DNA of 64,000 nucleotides from assembly GCA_046350535.1 (NCBI GenBank), contig JAXMAG010000001.1, positions 447,488-511,487 on the forward strand, given 5' to 3'. The translations under genes and the position numbers were made by a program. Positions 21,829 to 29,946 of the stretch are shown piece by piece. Position 1 is the stretch's first letter. Every line of letters starts with the position of its first letter. Under the pieces are notes generated by a model. That model worked only from the letters and a program-made list of their open reading frames with translations, ran no database searches and was not told where the DNA came from. The stretch is from Phycisphaerales bacterium (GTDB taxonomy: Bacteria; Planctomycetota; Phycisphaerae; Phycisphaerales; SM1A02).

Positions 21829-22924
21829 GCGGCTCCAGATCCTTCACCACGAAGAGGCCGTCCTTGCGGACCACCTCCCCGTCGAAGGAGATCGTGCCGC
21901 CGCCGTACTCCGGCCGCTGGATGCACACCAGGTCCCAGTGGATCTCGCTCTGGTTGCCGTTGTCCGCCACGGCGTAGCAGCGCCCGGGCGTGAAGTGGAA
22001 GCTCCCGGCGATCTTCTCGTCGAAGAGGATGTCCTTCATGGGCTCCATGATGTGGGGATTGAAGCCGATGGCGAACTCGCCCACGAAACGCGCCCCCGCG
22101 TCGGTGTCGAAGATGGCTTCGAGCGTCGACTGGTTCTGGTCCGCGGTGGCGCGCTCGATCCGGCCGCCGCGGAACTCCAGGCGGACGTTCGTGAAGGTGT
22201 GGCCGTTGTAGAGGGTGGGCGTGTTGTACTGCACCACGCCCTCCACGCTGGTGCGCACCGGCGCGGAGAAGACCTCCCCGTCCGGGATGTTGAAGTCTCC
22301 GCAGCAGGGCACCACGCCGATCCCCTTGATGCTGAAGCGCAGGTCGGTGTCGCCCGGGCCGCGGATGTGCACCTGGTCCGTGCGGCGCATGCGGGCCGCC
22401 AGGGCGTCCGCGGCGCGGGCCATGCGGGCGTAGTCCAGCGTGCAGACGTCGAAGTAGAAGCGCTCGAACTCCTCCGTGCTCTTCTGGGCCAGCTGGGCCA
22501 TGGACGGCGTGGGCCAGCGGAGCACGCACCAGCGGGTGTGGTTGACGCGGCGCTCGAAGTGCACGGGCTTCTGGTAGAGCCGCGCCACCTGCTGCATCTG
22601 GGCGTCCGGGATGCCGGCCATCTCGCTCACGTTGTCGCTGCCGCGCACGCCGATGTAGCACTGCATGCGGCGCATGCGCTCCAGGTCGTACTCCCCCCAC
22701 ACCCGGAGGTTGTCCTCGCCGGCGTCCTTGTTGAGGGCCCGCATGACGCGGTTGCGGCGGATGGCGACGTGCGCGTGGCCGCCGGCGCGACGGGCCTCCT
22801 CCACCAGGGCGATCGCGATGTCGTCCGGGCAGTCGAAGGTCTCGATCAGGAGATGCTCGCCGCGGGCGAGACGGACCGAATGGTTGACGAGCCCGTGGGC
22901 CAGGCGGGTGATGCGGGGATCCAT
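21800..22924 (-). CDS. Aminopeptidase, peptidase M29 (AmpS/PepS) family
   Basis: Track ORF, 374 aa. LAHGLVNHSVRLARGEHLLI, RWCVLRWPTPSMAQ, FNIPDGEVFSAP, FVGEFAIGFNP, LFDEKIAGSFHFTPG, SEIHWDLV: M29 blocks. Confidence 0.85.
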   Translation of the reverse strand: MDPRITRLAHGLVNHSVRLARGEHLLIETFDCPDDIAIALVEEARRAGGHAHVAIRRNRVMRALNKDAGEDNLRVWGEYDLERMRRMQCYIGVRGSDNVSEMAGIPDAQMQQVARLYQKPVHFERRVNHTRWCVLRWPTPSMAQLAQKSTEEFERFYFDVCTLDYARMARAADALAARMRRTDQVHIRGPGDTDLRFSIKGIGVVPCCGDFNIPDGEVFSAPVRTSVEGVVQYNTPTLYNGHTFTNVRLEFRGGRIERATADQNQSTLEAIFDTDAGARFVGEFAIGFNPHIMEPMKDILFDEKIAGSFHFTPGRCYAVADNGNQSEIHWDLVCIQRPEYGGGTISFDGEVVRKDGLFVVKDLEPLNPKALLSA

Positions 22925-22936
22925 GGTCCGCGGATG

Positions 22937-24376
22937 CTACGGCGCGGGCGGCCGGGGCAGGGGAAGCGGCAGGGCCGGATCCCCGAGCAGGACGAACTTC
23001 ATCCCCTGGAAGAAGACGCTCGGCGGGTACCAGTCCGGCGTGGGACGCAGCTCCATCAGCCGCTCCGCGCGGACGTAGTGCCGCAGCGCAGCGCACCACG
23101 CCTGCCCCACGGTGGGCGGCGGACCGGGCCGCGCCGCCAGCTCCGCCATCGCGGCCGCGAAGCCCTCCAGGAGCGTGACCGCGCAGGGCTGGGAGCCGGT
23201 GTCGCAGCCGATGACGGCGATGGCACCGCCGCGCGGCCGGCGCAGCAGGTGTTCGCTGAGGGAGCTGGTGTTGGCGGCGCCGTGCTGCAGGCACACGGGT
23301 GGTGGTGGCGGCGCGGAGAAGACCTCGCCGGCGTTGGTGCCCCGATGCTCCGCACCTTCCGCGTCCGTGTAGGGCTGGTAGGGCGGCTGCGTGCACCACT
23401 CCGCGGTGGAGCAGCCGGCGGAGAAGAGGATGGGCTCCGCGCATGCGGGCTGCGCTGCGGCGTCCACCACCGCCTGGTCCAGGCAGCCCTCCCAGCCCCA
23501 CGGCTGTCCGTGGCCGCTGTGGAGGATGACGCGGGCGCCGGCGGAGAGCTCCGCGGCCATCGCGGCGCCGTCCGGCGCGGGCGTCGCGGGATCGTCATGG
23601 ATGCGAAGCTGGACGGACGCAGCGGGCGCGAGCGTCTCCGCCATGCGGCGCAGGCGCGGCCGGACGTCCACCCAGCCGCCCACGCCGAAGATGGCCACTC
23701 GCGGCGGCCCGCCCGCGGAGGCGGCGAGGGCCCGCTCCCACGCCACGGTCTTGGCCGCCACCACCGTCGCCTCCTCCGGCGTGGAGACGGGCCAGCGCCC
23801 CACGGCGATCTCCGGCGCGTAGCTCACGCCATCGTGGTTGATGACGCCGTCCTTGAGCGTCTCGCCGTGGACCTCCCCCAGGTAGCCCTCGTGGAAGCCC
23901 TCGCGGTCCGCGTTCCAGTCGTCGAACGAGCCGTCCTCCCTGGCCAGGTCCGCGTAGTAGAGATCGCACGGGTAGAAGGCCCAGTTGGCGGCGGCGGGCG
24001 TGCCGCGGTCCAGCACCATGAAGCGCACGGGGCAGACGTCCGCGTCGCCCACCAGCAGGCAGGTGCCCACGCCGCCGCGGCGCCAGCGTTCGTGGAGCCA
24101 GCGCTTGAGGCGCTCCGGCGCATCGCGCCCCGGCGTGGCCGCCGTGATGGACTCGATGGAGGCGAAGACGACGCCGTCGTTCTGCGGCGAGCCCGCGCGG
24201 TGGGCCAGGTACGGGGCGAGCGCCTCCTGCCACGCCGCCGGCGCGATCACCACGTGCGGGAGCGGGGCGCCGACGGGTTCCGCCGCGCCCGCGGACGCCG
24301 CGGACGCCGCGAGCGCCGCTGCGACCGCGGCACCGACGCGACCGGCAAGCCCGGCTGGGCGCGCTCCGCGGCTCAT
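22937..24376 (-). CDS. Secreted peptidase C25 (gingipain-like) family protein
   Basis: Frame of track ORF 22937..25147; Met258 = ATG 24376, overlapping upstream stop (ATGA). Signal peptide; LLVGDADVCPVR, YYADL, ILHSGHGQPWGW (His block), LFSAGCST (Cys block). Confidence 0.7.
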   Translation of the reverse strand: MSRGARPAGLAGRVGAAVAAALAASAASAGAAEPVGAPLPHVVIAPAAWQEALAPYLAHRAGSPQNDGVVFASIESITAATPGRDAPERLKRWLHERWRRGGVGTCLLVGDADVCPVRFMVLDRGTPAAANWAFYPCDLYYADLAREDGSFDDWNADREGFHEGYLGEVHGETLKDGVINHDGVSYAPEIAVGRWPVSTPEEATVVAAKTVAWERALAASAGGPPRVAIFGVGGWVDVRPRLRRMAETLAPAASVQLRIHDDPATPAPDGAAMAAELSAGARVILHSGHGQPWGWEGCLDQAVVDAAAQPACAEPILFSAGCSTAEWCTQPPYQPYTDAEGAEHRGTNAGEVFSAPPPPPVCLQHGAANTSSLSEHLLRRPRGGAIAVIGCDTGSQPCAVTLLEGFAAAMAELAARPGPPPTVGQAWCAALRHYVRAERLMELRPTPDWYPPSVFFQGMKFVLLGDPALPLPLPRPPAP

Positions 24377-25059
24377 GCGCGGGCCCCGGGCGCCGCGTTC
24401 CAGACGAGCACCTCCTGGAGCGGGCGGCGCTCCAGCCGCGGCACCATGCAGCCCTCCGCGGGGCGGCCCACCGGGAGCAGAAGGAAGGGGCGTTCGAACT
24501 CCGGCCGCCCGAGGATGGGTCCGAGGAAGGCCATGGGACTGGGCGTGTGCGTGAGCGTCACCAGGCCGGCGGCGTGGATGGCGGCGATGAGGAAGCCGGT
24601 GGCGATGCCGACGGATTCGTTGACGTAGTAGACCTGGTCGCTGGCGCGCTCCGGACGCCGGTCCTTCATCCGCTTGAAGACCACGATGAGCCACGGCGCC
24701 TCCTCCAGGAAGGGCTTCTCCGGCCCGGTCCCGAGCGGATCCAGGTCCGCCAGCCACTCGGCGTTGGCGCGGCCCTCGTAGAAGCGCCGCTCCTCCGCCT
24801 CCGCGCCTTCGCGGATGCGACGCTTCAGGGCGGGATCGTCCACCGCGACGAACGTCCACGGCTGCTTGTTGGCGCCGCTGGGGGCGCCCGCCGCGGCCGT
24901 CACCACCCAGCGGATCACCTCCCGATCCACGGGCTCCGGCGAGAAGTGCCGCACGGAGCGGCGGAGGGAGAGCCGCTCGGCGAACTCGCGGGCCGCCTCC
25001 ACGGAGGGACGCTGCGGCACGGAGGCCGCGCCCGGCTCCGCCCGCGGCAGCGGGATCAT
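24373..25059 (-). CDS. Nitroreductase-superfamily flavoprotein of the iodotyrosine deiodinase (IYD) type
   Basis: Frame of track ORF 24373..25677; Met207 = ATG 25059. RRSVRHFSPEPV, GAPSGANKQPWTFVAV, AEERRFYEGR...EKPFLEEAPWLIVVFK, YYVNESVGIATGFLIAAIHAAGLVTLTHTP, ILGRPEFERPFLLLPVGRPAEGCMVPRLERRPLQEVLV aligns block-by-block with human IYD as I remember it (LLGRPAHEKLLMLLPVGYP...VPDLKRKPLDQIMV). Confidence 0.8.
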   Translation of the reverse strand: MIPLPRAEPGAASVPQRPSVEAAREFAERLSLRRSVRHFSPEPVDREVIRWVVTAAAGAPSGANKQPWTFVAVDDPALKRRIREGAEAEERRFYEGRANAEWLADLDPLGTGPEKPFLEEAPWLIVVFKRMKDRRPERASDQVYYVNESVGIATGFLIAAIHAAGLVTLTHTPSPMAFLGPILGRPEFERPFLLLPVGRPAEGCMVPRLERRPLQEVLVWNAAPGARA

Positions 25060-25067
25060 GGGCCCGC

Positions 25068-25745
25068 TCACCGCGCGGCTCCCGCCTGGAGCGAGGCCAG
25101 GAGCGCAGGCTCCAGGCCGTGGAAGGACTCCACCACCAGCTCCGCATCCGCGAGCTCCGTGCGGCTGCGGCCCGGCCCGAGGATGGCCACGCACGCCATC
25201 CCCGCCCGGTGGGCCGCCTCCACGCCGGGCGGCGCGTCCTCGAAGACCACGCACTGGGCGGGCGGCAGGCCCAGGCGCGACGCGGCGGTCAGGAAGACCT
25301 CCGGATGCGGCTTCCCCTCGCGAACGTCCGCTCCCGTCACCAGCGCGTCGAACGGCAGGCGCGACCCGAGTCCCTGCATGAAGGCCTCCACGTTCGCGGG
25401 CGGCGCGGAGCTTCCCGCGGCCAGGCGCCATCCCGCGGCCGCGAGTCTCGTCACGAGCTCCACGGCCCCCGGCATGGGCGTCACGCGGCCGCTGAGGCGC
25501 TCGCGGAAGGAGGCCTCCTTCTCCTCGCCCACGCGCTCCACCAGGTCCGCGGCCGGCGCCGGCCTCCCGGCCTGCCGCCACAGCTCCGGGATGATGGATT
25601 CGTTGCGGCGGCCGAAGCTCCAGATGAACTGCTCCCGGGTGAGCGGCACGCCGTGGCGCTGGCAGGCGTGCCGCCACGCCTCCCAGTGGTGCTCGAAGGT
25701 GTCGAAGAGCGTGCCGTCCAGATCGAAGATGGCGCCGCGCTTCAC
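25068..25745 (-). CDS. HAD-superfamily hydrolase (beta-phosphoglucomutase-like subfamily IA)
   Basis: Frame of track ORF 25068..26828; GTG 25745 overlaps upstream stop (GTGA). AIFDLDGTLFDT (motif I), GSSAP (motif II), KPHPEVF, VVFEDAPPGVEAAHRAGM (motif IV). Confidence 0.85.
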   Translation of the reverse strand: MKRGAIFDLDGTLFDTFEHHWEAWRHACQRHGVPLTREQFIWSFGRRNESIIPELWRQAGRPAPAADLVERVGEEKEASFRERLSGRVTPMPGAVELVTRLAAAGWRLAAGSSAPPANVEAFMQGLGSRLPFDALVTGADVREGKPHPEVFLTAASRLGLPPAQCVVFEDAPPGVEAAHRAGMACVAILGPGRSRTELADAELVVESFHGLEPALLASLQAGAAR

Positions 25746-26785
25746 GCGAGGCTCCTCACCGCGGCCAGGGCGGCGTCGATCGCGGCGGCGTCCACGTCCC
25801 GGTGGGTGACCGCCCGGACGCGGTCCGGGTCCATGTCGATCATGCGCACTCCCTTCGCCCTGAGGGAGTCGCAGAAGGCGGCGGCCCCGCCGAAGCGCGG
25901 CTCCAGGAAGAAGAAGACCATGTTCGAAGGCGTCTCCTGCGGCGGCACCTGGAGGCGGATCCCGGGGATGGCGGCCAGTCCGGCGGCCAGGCGGCGGGCG
26001 TTCTCGTGGTCGCGGGCGAGCGGCGCCACGTGATGCTCCAGGGCATGGAGCGCGGCCGCGGCCAGCAGGCCGGACTGCCGCATGCCGCCTCCGAACATCT
26101 TCCGGAAGCGCCGCGCCCTGGCGATGAAGGGCGCGGGTCCCGCGAGGGCGCTCCCCGCTGGGCAGCCGAGGGCCTTGGAGAAGCAGACGCTCACGGTGTC
26201 CGCGGCGGCGGCGAACTCCGCGGGGGAGTAGCCGCCGGCCACCGCGGCGTTCCAGAGCCGGGCGCCGTCGACGTGGACGTGGAGGGCGCGTTCGCGTGCT
26301 GCGCCGGAGACGGCCTGGAAGGCGCGGAGCGGCCAGATGGTGCCGCCGCCGCGGTTGTGGGTGTTCTCCACCACCACCATGCGGGTGCGCGGCGCGTGCA
26401 CGTTGTCCGGGCGGATGGCGGCCAGGAGCTGCGGCGCCTGGAAGAGTCCGCCCGGGCCCTCCAGCGGGAGGATCATGCAGCCGGAGAGCGCCGCGGGCGC
26501 CCCGGTCTCGTAGTGGATGATGTGGCTGTCGCGGTGAGCGACGATCTCGTCCCCCGCCTGGCATGCGGTGCGGATCGCCAGCTGGTTGGCCATGGTGCCG
26601 CTCGGCACGAAGAGGGCCCGCTCCTTCCCCAGCCGGGCCGCCACCGCCTCCTCCAGACGGGTCACCGTGGGATCGTCGCCAAGGACGTCGTCGCCGAGCG
26701 GTGCGGCCCGCATGGCCTCCCACATCTCGGGCGAAGGCTGCGTGACCGTGTCGGAGCGGAGGTCGATCACCCGCGGGGTAGGCAT
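25742..26785 (-). CDS. ltaE: Low-specificity L-threonine aldolase
   Basis: Frame of track ORF 25742..26833, start at Met17 (26785). [65 protein letters not shown] (PLP Lys). Confidence 0.88.
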   Translation of the reverse strand: MPTPRVIDLRSDTVTQPSPEMWEAMRAAPLGDDVLGDDPTVTRLEEAVAARLGKERALFVPSGTMANQLAIRTACQAGDEIVAHRDSHIIHYETGAPAALSGCMILPLEGPGGLFQAPQLLAAIRPDNVHAPRTRMVVVENTHNRGGGTIWPLRAFQAVSGAARERALHVHVDGARLWNAAVAGGYSPAEFAAAADTVSVCFSKALGCPAGSALAGPAPFIARARRFRKMFGGGMRQSGLLAAAALHALEHHVAPLARDHENARRLAAGLAAIPGIRLQVPPQETPSNMVFFFLEPRFGGAAAFCDSLRAKGVRMIDMDPDRVRAVTHRDVDAAAIDAALAAVRSLA

Positions 26786-26851
26786 GGGACGCAGGATACG
26801 GACGGGGAGGCGGAGTCGAGCGCCGCACGCCACCCGGCCGATAGAGCGTCT

Positions 26852-29356
26852 GTGGCCGGCTCCCTCCTAGCCGCGATCGTGGTGGCCTGCGCGGTGACCT
26901 CGCCGCAGGAGCCGCACCGGCTTCTGCAGGAAGGGTTCGAACCCGATCCGCGGGTGCCGGCGGAGCTGCCGCCCGGCTTCTACCGCGTGCTCACGAGCGC
27001 CTCGGGGCGCCCGGGACTACCGCCCTTCGGCGCGGTGGGCGTGAGCGACGAGCGGAGCGCGGTGGGTTCGTGGAGCCTTCTGTTCCGCCTGGAGGGCGGC
27101 GGCATGGCGGTGGCCACTGCGCCCACCAGACTCCCGGCGGCCGCGGGTCAGGTGGTGGAGGCCTCCGTGATGGTGCGGAGCGACGGTCTCGTTCGCAGCC
27201 GTCCCGCGCTGCAGGTGCGGGCACTGGATGGCGCCGCGAACCCCGTCGCCGGCGCCGCGTGGAGCGATGGTTCGAGCGTTCCCCCCGGCGCCGAGGCCGC
27301 CGCGCCCGCGGCCCAGGCGGGCGCCGCCGGCGGCGATCTTCCCGCGGGGTGGAGGCTGCTGCGCGTCACCACGCCGCCGCTCCCGCAGGGCACCACCGCG
27401 GTGGAGGTGGCGCTCGAGGTGGGCACGCCCGCCGGAGTGGACGTCGGGGACGTCTCCGGGCGGGTGTGGTTCGACGAGCTGCAGGTGTGGCGGCTGCCGC
27501 GGCTCACCTGCGAGCTGTGGCGGGCGCGGGAGGCGTTCGAATCCCCGGCCCGCGTGACCGTGAGCGCGGAGGGCGCGGAGGAGGGCACCCGGCTCCAGCT
27601 GCGGATCCTGGATGCGGATGGCCGGACCGTGGTGCAGCAGGACGCAGGGAGCGCGAGGCTCGCGCTCGACCTCGCGGCCCTTCCGCCCGGCGCCTACGAA
27701 GTGAGGGTCCTCTGCCGCACCGACGCGCGGGTCCTCGCCGAGACGTCCCGCACCTTCGCGGTGCTTCCGCCGGTGGCGGCCGGCGCGGCCACGGAGCCCG
27801 CGGCGGTGCGCTTCGGACTGGAACTGGAGCGGCCATCCGCGGCGGCGCTGCCGGGAGTGGCGGCGGCGGTGGAGGCGCTGCGGCCCGCATTCGTGCTGCT
27901 GCGGATCGGCGATCCCGCCACGGATGGCTCCGGACGCGCAGGATTGCCCGCCATCCGCCGCTGGGTGGATGACATGCGGCGACAGGGGACGGAGACGATC
28001 CTGTGGCTGGACCAGCTGCCGCCGGCCGCCGCCGCAGCCCATCGACTGGAGCCGGGGGCGCCGGCCGGGCTTCTCGCGTGCGAGGAGTCCGCGTGGCGCC
28101 CGGTCTTCGGCCCGTGGCTGGAGTCCATGGGTCACGTCGTGCCGCGCTGGGTCATCTCCGGGCCGGGGACGCCGGAGGTGCGCCGCGCGTGCGAGACGCT
28201 GGTGCCGGCGTTCGAACGGATTCCGGAGGAGCGGATCACCTTCGTGCAGGCAGGGGCCACCGCGGCCCGGCGGGAGGCGGACGCCGCCGCCGTCGCCGGC
28301 GTCCTGGCCTGGGAGCGCGGCGCCGCGGTGGTGGCGCTGCGGGGCGGAGTGGACGTCTCCCCGGACGGCGCGGAACCCACCGCCGCCGGCATGGCATGGC
28401 GAACCCTCGCCGCCGCCGCCGCGGGCGTCTCGCGACTCGCGGTCCTCGACGCCGGCAGCGGCATCGAGTGCCGGCTGCTCTCGCGCTCCGGCGCCGCCCG
28501 CGTGCTTGCGTGGCTGTCGGGGGAGGGGGCGGCGCGGGACCTTCAGCTCCCGTTCGACGGCGTGGATCTCTCCGCCCGCGATCTGCTGGGGGCCGCGACG
28601 GTGCTCGAGCGCCGGCAGGGCACGGTGGTGGCTTCGCTCGGAAGCACGCCGGTGGTGATCGACGGGGTCGATCCCACGCTCGGCGCCTTCCTCGCCTCGG
28701 TGCGGACGGAGCCGGCGGCGCTCGCGGGCAGCACCGCGGAGCAGCCCCTGGCCATCCGCTTCCGCAACCCGTGGGAGGTGACGCTGGAGGGGTCGCTCCG
28801 CTTCGTGGGGCCCGTGGAGTGGGGATTCGTGCCCCGCTCACAGCGCTTCACGCTGCCGCCGGGCGGCGAGGCCACCGTGCGCACCAGCACCACGCTCCCC
28901 AGGACGCAGCCGACGGGCGCCGCCCGCGTGGCGGCGGACTTCGAGTTCACCGCGGACCGCGGCTACCGGCTGCGGATGGAGCCGCCCATCGAGATCGGCG
29001 TGGACGCCTTCTCCTGCGAAGCGGGTGTCCGCGCCATCCCGCTGCCCGCGGGCGGCGTGGCCACGCTGGTGGAGCTGGAGGTGCGGAACCGCAGCGCCGC
29101 AGCGCTCGAGCTGGAGGCGACGGTGTCCGCGGAGGATGGCCGCTCCCGCCGCGACGGGCCCTTCCGGCTGGAGCCGGGCGCGGCCGCGCGGCGGACGCTG
29201 CGGCTGGAGGGGGCGGCCCCGGCGGGAGTGACGCTCGCGGTGAGCGAGGCGAACGGACCGCTGCGGCTCGTGCGGCGCCTGGAGGCCGCGACGCTCACCA
29301 CGGTCGGGCGCCCGGCCGGCGCCCCGCCAGCGAGCGGCACGCCATCTGCTCGATGA
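26852..29356 (+). CDS. Large (834 aa) putative lipoprotein, hypothetical
   Basis: Frame of track ORF 25802..29356; upstream 1 kb is antisense to ltaE so start set at GTG 26852: (M)[18 protein letters not shown] lipobox-like. Normal composition, beta-rich ends ([14 protein letters not shown]; Ig-like C-terminal repeats), central alpha/beta region; no family recognised. Confidence 0.6.
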   Translation: MAGSLLAAIVVACAVTSPQEPHRLLQEGFEPDPRVPAELPPGFYRVLTSASGRPGLPPFGAVGVSDERSAVGSWSLLFRLEGGGMAVATAPTRLPAAAGQVVEASVMVRSDGLVRSRPALQVRALDGAANPVAGAAWSDGSSVPPGAEAAAPAAQAGAAGGDLPAGWRLLRVTTPPLPQGTTAVEVALEVGTPAGVDVGDVSGRVWFDELQVWRLPRLTCELWRAREAFESPARVTVSAEGAEEGTRLQLRILDADGRTVVQQDAGSARLALDLAALPPGAYEVRVLCRTDARVLAETSRTFAVLPPVAAGAATEPAAVRFGLELERPSAAALPGVAAAVEALRPAFVLLRIGDPATDGSGRAGLPAIRRWVDDMRRQGTETILWLDQLPPAAAAAHRLEPGAPAGLLACEESAWRPVFGPWLESMGHVVPRWVISGPGTPEVRRACETLVPAFERIPEERITFVQAGATAARREADAAAVAGVLAWERGAAVVALRGGVDVSPDGAEPTAAGMAWRTLAAAAAGVSRLAVLDAGSGIECRLLSRSGAARVLAWLSGEGAARDLQLPFDGVDLSARDLLGAATVLERRQGTVVASLGSTPVVIDGVDPTLGAFLASVRTEPAALAGSTAEQPLAIRFRNPWEVTLEGSLRFVGPVEWGFVPRSQRFTLPPGGEATVRTSTTLPRTQPTGAARVAADFEFTADRGYRLRMEPPIEIGVDAFSCEAGVRAIPLPAGGVATLVELEVRNRSAAALELEATVSAEDGRSRRDGPFRLEPGAAARRTLRLEGAAPAGVTLAVSEANGPLRLVRRLEAATLTTVGRPAGAPPASGTPSAR

Positions 29357-29897
29357 GCCAGCGGCCATCGGGCTGACGGCGCACGCGGAACATCCACTCG
29401 CTGGGGACGGGTCCGAAGCTGCCCTGCGTAGTGGTGAGGCACGCGAGTTCCGTCACGCCGGCGCCGTTCTCGGCGCCGGCGCCGCGCAGCCGGGTGACGG
29501 CGTTCGAGACGATCCGCTGCGGGCCCGCGAGGGCGGCGAAGCCGCGTTCGATCTCTGCGCGGTCCAGCCCCGGCGCCGTGAGGGAGCCCCAGTGGATGGA
29601 GGCCTGGTCCGCCAGGAGTCTCTCCATGGCGGCCACGTCCCCGCGCTCCGCCGCATCCACCAGCGCCGCGGTGACGCGGACGGCGTGCTCTCCCGGCGTG
29701 ACCACCAGCCAGCCGCAGAGGAGCGCCGCGCCCGCGCACGCCAGGAGTCCCGCCGCCACCGCGAGGCGCCGCGCGCTGCCGCGGTCCAGGGCCGTCCATC
29801 CCAGGATGGCGCCGGCCACGGTGAGGAGCACGGCCAGCGGACACGGGTTCTCCAGCACCCACCTGGTCAGCACGCCCGATTCCGGAAGCGAGTCCAT
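29295..29897 (-). CDS. Membrane-anchored NTF2/SnoaL-like (DUF4440-like) domain protein
   Basis: Frame of track ORF 29295..29948, start at Met18 (29897). Two TM helices then VTAALVDAAERGDVAAMERLLAD...[20 protein letters not shown] typical NTF2-like ending. Confidence 0.55.
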   Translation of the reverse strand: MDSLPESGVLTRWVLENPCPLAVLLTVAGAILGWTALDRGSARRLAVAAGLLACAGAALLCGWLVVTPGEHAVRVTAALVDAAERGDVAAMERLLADQASIHWGSLTAPGLDRAEIERGFAALAGPQRIVSNAVTRLRGAGAENGAGVTELACLTTTQGSFGPVPSEWMFRVRRQPDGRWLIEQMACRSLAGRRPGARPW

Positions 29898-29946
29898 CCC
29901 CGCATCCTCCCGCGCCCAGGGCGCGGGTGCTACCCTCCGCGCCGCC

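Noticed and set aside
25802-26851. N-terminal 350 aa of the 1184-aa ORF 25802..29356.
   Set aside because: This part is antisense to ltaE (clear PLP aldolase motifs) and compositionally off-frame. A GTG at 26852 gives a lipoprotein-like N-terminus right after the divergent ltaE start.
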